Below are positions 59,471 through 64,000 of a stretch of DNA of 64,000 nucleotides, piece after piece (the stretch's first letter is position 1; each line of letters starts with the position of its first letter). The notes below the pieces were generated by a model that was not told the origin of the DNA, ran no database searches, and worked only from the letters and a program-made list of their open reading frames with translations. This DNA is from Chloroflexota bacterium (GTDB taxonomy: Bacteria > Chloroflexota > UBA11872 > VXOZ01), in assembly GCA_965221905.1 (NCBI GenBank), contig OZ244922.1, forward strand, positions 1-64,000. Direction: 5' to 3'. A program made the position numbers and the translations under genes.

Positions 59471-61009
59471 TTATTGCTTCCCACCCACATCCGCCAGCAG
59501 GCCGTCGCGCAACTCCCGTTTCAGCACCTTGCCCATGGCGTTGCGGGGGAGTTCGTTCACGAAGTGGACCTCGCTGGGCACCTGGTAGTCCACGCTGCGC
59601 TCGCGGCAGAAGTCGCGGACAGCACGGGGTGTGGCTTCGGTGGCGGTGTCGGGGTCTTTCACCACCACAGCCACCACTTTTTCGCCGCGCAGGTCGTCGG
59701 GCAGGCCGAACACGGCGGATTCCTTCACGCCCGGGCAATCGTTGAGCACGCGCTCGACCATGGGCGGGTACACGTTGAAGCCCTTGGTGATGATGAGGTC
59801 GACTTTCCTGCCGATAAGAGTCAAATACCCTTGGTGACTTAAAAAACCTAGGTCGCCGGTGGCAAAGTAGCCCTCGTGGGCAAACGCCTCGGCGGTGGCT
59901 TCCGGCCTGTTCAGGTAGTGAGTGAAGATAACCGGGCCTTTCACGTGCACCTCACCCACCGCGTGTCCTTCCTTGGTCTTGGAGCCGTCCTCGACCATGG
60001 TCATCTCGACCCCGTCCAGCGGCAGTCCCACCGAGCCCTGTACGCTGGGGCGATCGATAGGCAGGCTGGCAATCACGTGGCTCTCCGTCATGCCGTAACG
60101 GTTGATGAGCGGATTCCTTAGAATACCTTCCAGTTCCGGCAGGACTTCGGGGCGAATCGGCGCGGAACCGCACGTGAAGAGCCGCACGTGCGACCACTGC
60201 TTGGCGTGCTCGCGAAACTCAGGGCGGTTCAAGAACTGATAATACATGGGCGGAATCGCCATGAAGACCGTGGCGCGGTCGATGAGGTCCAGGGTGCGCA
60301 CCGGGTGAAATTGGTCGCCCATGAGCATATGGGCGCCCGTGAGGAAATTCACGTGGCTGGCGAACGAGAGTCCATGAATATGGAAGAACGGCAGCACGTT
60401 CACGAGCACATCGTCCGGCGTGAACGCCCAGCAGTCGGCCAACGAGCGCACGGCCGCGCCGAGATTGGCATGCGTGTGCACCACGCCCTTGGGCTGGCCG
60501 GTGGTGCCGGAAGAATAAAGCAGCAGCGCCCAATCGTCAGCCGTAGAAGCGGGCAGCGGGGCCGTGGGCTGCGGCGCCAGCGCGAGAAACTCGTCGGCGT
60601 GTAGGATACCCCTCAGCGAATTCTCCTGATCCTCTACCAACGCCTGCAACACCGGCAGTTCGGCAGACCCGCCTATCGCCAGCACTGAACCGCTGTCTGC
60701 AGCGTAGTAGCGCATCTCGCTGGGCGTGAACTTGAAGTTGAGCGGCAACGAGACGCCGCCGGCGCGTATCGCCCCCAGATGCGCCAGCAGCAGCGCGCGC
60801 TTGTCCGCCGTGTAGAGAATCACCCGCTCGCCGGGACGCAAGCCCTGCCGCTGCAAGTGCGCCGCCGCCGCGCGGGTCCGTGCATCCAACTCGGCATAGG
60901 TCCAGGTCTCGCCCCGATACGTCAGCGCCGGCCGCGCCGAAAACTGCACAAACGCCGCTTCAAGCTGGTCGCGAAACGGTTGAAATGTCATCGCCGAGGT
61001 TGCATTCAT
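59471..61009 (-). CDS. Acyl-CoA synthetase (AMP-forming, MatB/malonyl-CoA ligase-like)
   Basis: YSSGTTGQPKG, RYGMTE, TGDLG, LPRNAMGKV; exact start uncertain. Confidence 0.9.
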   Translation of the reverse strand: MNATSAMTFQPFRDQLEAAFVQFSARPALTYRGETWTYAELDARTRAAAAHLQRQGLRPGERVILYTADKRALLLAHLGAIRAGGVSLPLNFKFTPSEMRYYAADSGSVLAIGGSAELPVLQALVEDQENSLRGILHADEFLALAPQPTAPLPASTADDWALLLYSSGTTGQPKGVVHTHANLGAAVRSLADCWAFTPDDVLVNVLPFFHIHGLSFASHVNFLTGAHMLMGDQFHPVRTLDLIDRATVFMAIPPMYYQFLNRPEFREHAKQWSHVRLFTCGSAPIRPEVLPELEGILRNPLINRYGMTESHVIASLPIDRPSVQGSVGLPLDGVEMTMVEDGSKTKEGHAVGEVHVKGPVIFTHYLNRPEATAEAFAHEGYFATGDLGFLSHQGYLTLIGRKVDLIITKGFNVYPPMVERVLNDCPGVKESAVFGLPDDLRGEKVVAVVVKDPDTATEATPRAVRDFCRERSVDYQVPSEVHFVNELPRNAMGKVLKRELRDGLLADVGGKQ

Positions 61010-61131
61010 AGCTAGCGGTTTCCGTTCCCAGCAGGACTCTTTTGCCATTCTACTGTCTTCCGTAGACTTTCGAATGAACTTGGTTAGGAGCAGAAGTCCA
61101 CTCTCTGCGCCCAACAGTCCCCTCTCCCTAT

Positions 61132-61260
61132 GAAAAACCTTACATGAACCCGGCCAGATGTGAAAAATCCCCTCTCACTGAGGGAGAGGGCTAGGGTGAG
61201 GGTGGATCCTCGTCAATTTGACCCAATTTCGCTTGCTTATACGAGTTAAGCAAAGTCTTC
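61132..61260. mobile_element. Degenerate GAGACC-type MITE
   Basis: Follows ccctctccc; internal ccctctc..gagagggctagggtgaggg; right end homologous to 48533-48601. Confidence 0.6.
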
Positions 61261-61300
61261 CTCCGGGACGGAAGAGTTTGCATCGCCAAGTCCGTCCTCA

Positions 61301-61930
61301 TCAATTCAGAAGCTGTGCTATTACCTTTTCACGTTCTTCCGGGGTAATCTGTTGCGGCGGCGCGTCGTAGCGGATTACTTGGTACCAGCCGGAGCCGAAG
61401 ATCAAGCCATCGTGATTTATCACCCACGCGTGCTTGGTTTCCAGAAAGTTGCCTCTGGTCGGATTCTCGTAGACGTAGCTCACCCAGCCTCCCTGCTCGG
61501 TCGCGGCCAGCAACGCCGCGCCAAAGTCGTAGCCGTTCGCGTCAATTCCCAGCGGTTCTTTCACAGTCTAACCGACGTTTTCCGGTATGGCGGAATGTGC
61601 CAGCACCAGGCCCTCCTCATCGATGATGAAGAGGTACCACTCGCCGTCCATGCTCTCGGGAGAATTGAAGAAGGCGAGGGCGGCGTCACGCCCGTCGGCG
61701 TCGTAGACCCGTATTGCCTCCGCCACGAAAGCCTTAGTGTAGAGACCCTGCTCGGCTTCCCTGGAAATGGCGTCCAGACCGGGCGGTGACGGTTCCGACG
61801 GCTGTGGCGGCTGCGCGGTCGGCACGGTGCTGCACGCGACAAGTGCAAACATCGCCGCGATGACTGCGACACGAGTGACTATCCGACCGAACATCCGGCG
61901 ACTCCTTTGTCCCGTGGTAGGCTGGATCAC
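61301..61930 (-). pseudogene. Cache-domain lipoprotein interrupted by an in-frame TAG
   Basis: ORFs 61568..61930 and 61301..61564 are in the same frame: ...ENVG*TVKEPLG...; Cache motifs DGEWYLFIID, WVSY.Y.NP, K.AWV...DGLIFGSGWY. Confidence 0.85.
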
Positions 61931-62267
61931 AAAATCCTGCCTTCATTCATTACAGTATAGCACCGTAAACTGCGTGATCATTGCGGTTCGCGGAACCTTT
62001 CGCAGGGAAGCCTCCAGGGCGCCTAGCGGTCGCTCATACCTGCCTCTTGTGCGACGACCCGCAATTCTCCCACACCAATACCATCTGCACGGGATGTCAT
62101 TTGAGAAAAAGCGATGTAGTCATGCAGCCTACCGGCCCCGTTTTGGGATTGGCAGGAATAGCCCCCCTTGATTCACCCTCTAGGAGACTACTGCGCTATT
62201 CGATCAAGCGTGCGGGATTGGACACTACTGACGAAGATTCACCCGCGCCCCGGCCCTCTCCCTCAAT

Positions 62268-62407
62268 GAGACCTTAGAGATACCCCTTCCCCCTCGACGG
62301 GGGAAGGTCGGGATTGGGGTGAAAAGGGCTTCACGGCAAGGATCCACACACTTCCCGCCCCCTGGATTCCGGCTTTCGCCGGAATGACGGAGTTATTCAA
62401 AGGTCTC
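62268..62407. mobile_element. GAGACC-type MITE, 140 bp, with a different internal REP cargo
   Basis: gagaccttagagatac ... gttattcaaaggtctc; flanks CTCAAT / CTCGAT inside ccctctcc...ggagcggggg. Confidence 0.8.
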
Positions 62408-62458
62408 CTCGATGGAGCGGGGGACTCTGCGCTTCCACCCAAATTGCGTTAAGGCCTC

Positions 62459-63178
62459 TTATGGCACGTCCAGCACGAAGGTGAATTGGGCCTCTTTGCC
62501 GTTCGCCGCATCGGCTAACGTCACGAGCAGTGCGGGGTTGAAGATGCTGTCGCCCTGGTTGCCGGGCTCTGACGGAAAGTAGAGTTGGGTAGTGAGGATT
62601 GGCTGGTTCGGCGCCTGCACGCGCACGTGGATGTGGCGCGTGCGGCCGGGATAGATACCCGGCACGATGGTCTCCAGCACGAAGCGCCCCGCGTCGTCGG
62701 CAAACTGATGGCCGCGAAAGTTGTAGCCCTCGTTGTCGTAGACGCCCACGTGGTCAGTGTGCCAGAAATCAAGGAGCGCGCCTGCAATTGGCGTACACCG
62801 GGTCGAGAGCACCTGACCCGCTAGGAGCAAACGCGTACCAGCGATTCCAGGCTCGAGCAAAGAGGTCCGCAACGGCGTGTTCGGCGTATAGAACGGCCCT
62901 GCCGTCTGCGGCGGTGTGGGATCATCGTCATCCTCGCACGCCGGTGTAGCCGGTAATTCAAGCTGCATGGCAGCCTTTGAATCCTCCGCAGGTTGCGTTG
63001 CCTGGGCCGGCGCAGCGGTCGGTTGGGCTGTGTCCGTCCCTTTAGAAACGGCGACCTGCTGGCTTTCCGCTCTCCGTCCCAGTGCACCACAGGCCGCGAG
63101 CGCGGCTGCCAGTGGAATAAGGAGCGCTCTCCGCCAGATAAAGCGCCGCGAAAACCGCAACACCGTTCGCGTATTCAC
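62459..63178 (-). CDS. Exported intradiol ring-cleavage dioxygenase-like protein
   Basis: QTAGPFY, DFWHTD..G.Y, TIVPG.YPGRTRHIH, LTTQLYF; Tat/lipoprotein-like signal RRALL...LAAC. Confidence 0.9.
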   Translation of the reverse strand: MNTRTVLRFSRRFIWRRALLIPLAAALAACGALGRRAESQQVAVSKGTDTAQPTAAPAQATQPAEDSKAAMQLELPATPACEDDDDPTPPQTAGPFYTPNTPLRTSLLEPGIAGTRLLLAGQVLSTRCTPIAGALLDFWHTDHVGVYDNEGYNFRGHQFADDAGRFVLETIVPGIYPGRTRHIHVRVQAPNQPILTTQLYFPSEPGNQGDSIFNPALLVTLADAANGKEAQFTFVLDVP

Positions 63179-63380
63179 ACGTATCCCTCCATACTTGCTC
63201 CGCTTGCCCCTCTATTAACTGTAGAACGAATAGGGGATTCGTTCCAGTCTTGGCCGGAGCGTAACCGCTGCAAGAGCCTTCCACATTCTCCCGATACGAA
63301 ACTCCGTTGTCGCTCTGGCGTTCGGAGAAGATGGATTCCCGCTTTCGCGGGAATGACAGCGGATTGTCAACATTGACTAT

Positions 63381-63440
63381 GCAAAGCGCGAGTACTTCCC
63401 GCAAGGCGTAAATGCTCGCCGCAAAGCGCGAATACTCGCC
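63381..63440. repeat. 20-bp degenerate tandem repeat, 3 copies
   Basis: gcaaagcgcgagtacttccc / gcaaggcgtaaatgctcgcc / gcaaagcgcgaatactcgcc. Confidence 0.75.
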
Positions 63441-63526
63441 CTAGCGTTGCTAGGGTTCAAGGAACCGTTCGCCCTGAGCATGTCGAAGGGTCGAAGGGCG
63501 GTTCGTGTTTCGCAGTCTTCTCTAAA

Positions 63527-64000
63527 TCAGACCTCCCTGTCCCAGTAGTCAACCGCATCCTCCTTGCGGAAGAGTTGGCGCACACCGCGCATGTTTACCT
63601 TGTTGGAGTTGGGGTATTCGCTCACGTCGGCCGGCGCCACGTTGCTCAGGAGCAGCAGCGTACACGGCTCCGTGCCTTCATTGACGTACTGGTGATCGCT
63701 GTTCGGCCCGGGCGGAAAAGCGATGAAGTCACCCTGGCGCAGAGCGAAATCCCCCCGTGATGTCCGCATGGTGCACGTACCCTCCAGCACCACGCCGAGT
63801 TCTTCCTCGAAGTGATGGAAATGGAGCGGAAACCCCTTCCTGCCCGGGTCCAGGCGGACAACCTGATATCCCAAGTGCCGCGCGCCGATCAGCGGATCGA
63901 TGTTCTTGAACACGTAGCCATAGTCGCCCGGTGCCTGCCGTGTCTCCCACGCCATTTCATCCAGGTTGATGCGATTGATATAGATGTCCGTGCGGGCCTC
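63527..64000 (-). CDS. Cupin domain protein, 5' end beyond the window edge
   Basis: HFHHFEEE...LEG, GDFIAFPPG...H...N, EYPNS.K, DYWD; frame open to base 64000. Confidence 0.88.
   Translation of the reverse strand, partial: EARTDIYINRINLDEMAWETRQAPGDYGYVFKNIDPLIGARHLGYQVVRLDPGRKGFPLHFHHFEEELGVVLEGTCTMRTSRGDFALRQGDFIAFPPGPNSDHQYVNEGTEPCTLLLLSNVAPADVSEYPNSNKVNMRGVRQLFRKEDAVDYWDREV

Noticed and set aside
61561-61575. Programmed frameshift in the Cache gene
   Set aside because: Both parts are in the same frame; the lesion is a stop codon.

Overview
GC-rich bacterial chromosome segment. Gene families and repeat types suggest a Chloroflexota genome, possibly a marine-invertebrate (sponge) symbiont; this is inference from a Dehalococcoidia-type conserved hypothetical protein, a plant-type LRR protein and dense palindromic repeats. 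Housekeeping genes: rplJ with its L10 leader, rplL, gnd, hflX, pstSCAB, nadD, rsfS, mutS2, and cbiM/cbiQ without an ATPase. A minus-strand sugar/sugar-acid catabolic run contains a GH106-like hydrolase, an MFS transporter, a UxuA-like dehydratase, an HpcH aldolase and two paralogous Gfo/Idh/MocA dehydrogenases. Three defence-like inserts are present: an MvaI/BcnI-type type II R-M pair, a Schlafen/AlbA_2 plus ParA-like ATPase pair, and an MmeI-like single-chain R-M gene coupled to an internally deleted IS1595 transposase. The most distinctive non-genic signal is a MITE family with GAGACCTTTG(C/A)(G/A)TAAC terminal inverted repeats. It inserts into the loop of CCCTCTCCC..GGGAGAGGG palindromes, most copies carry that palindrome internally, it nests into itself, and one copy apparently brackets the 3.2-kb IS1595/R-M cargo. 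Other oddities: rplJ and rplL split by a PdaC-like deacetylase, a 26-bp periodic repeat of the rplL stop region, a 5x104-bp REP array, a multi-stem RNA candidate upstream of gnd, and an in-frame amber in a Cache lipoprotein. No CRISPR array, tRNA or rRNA was recognised.
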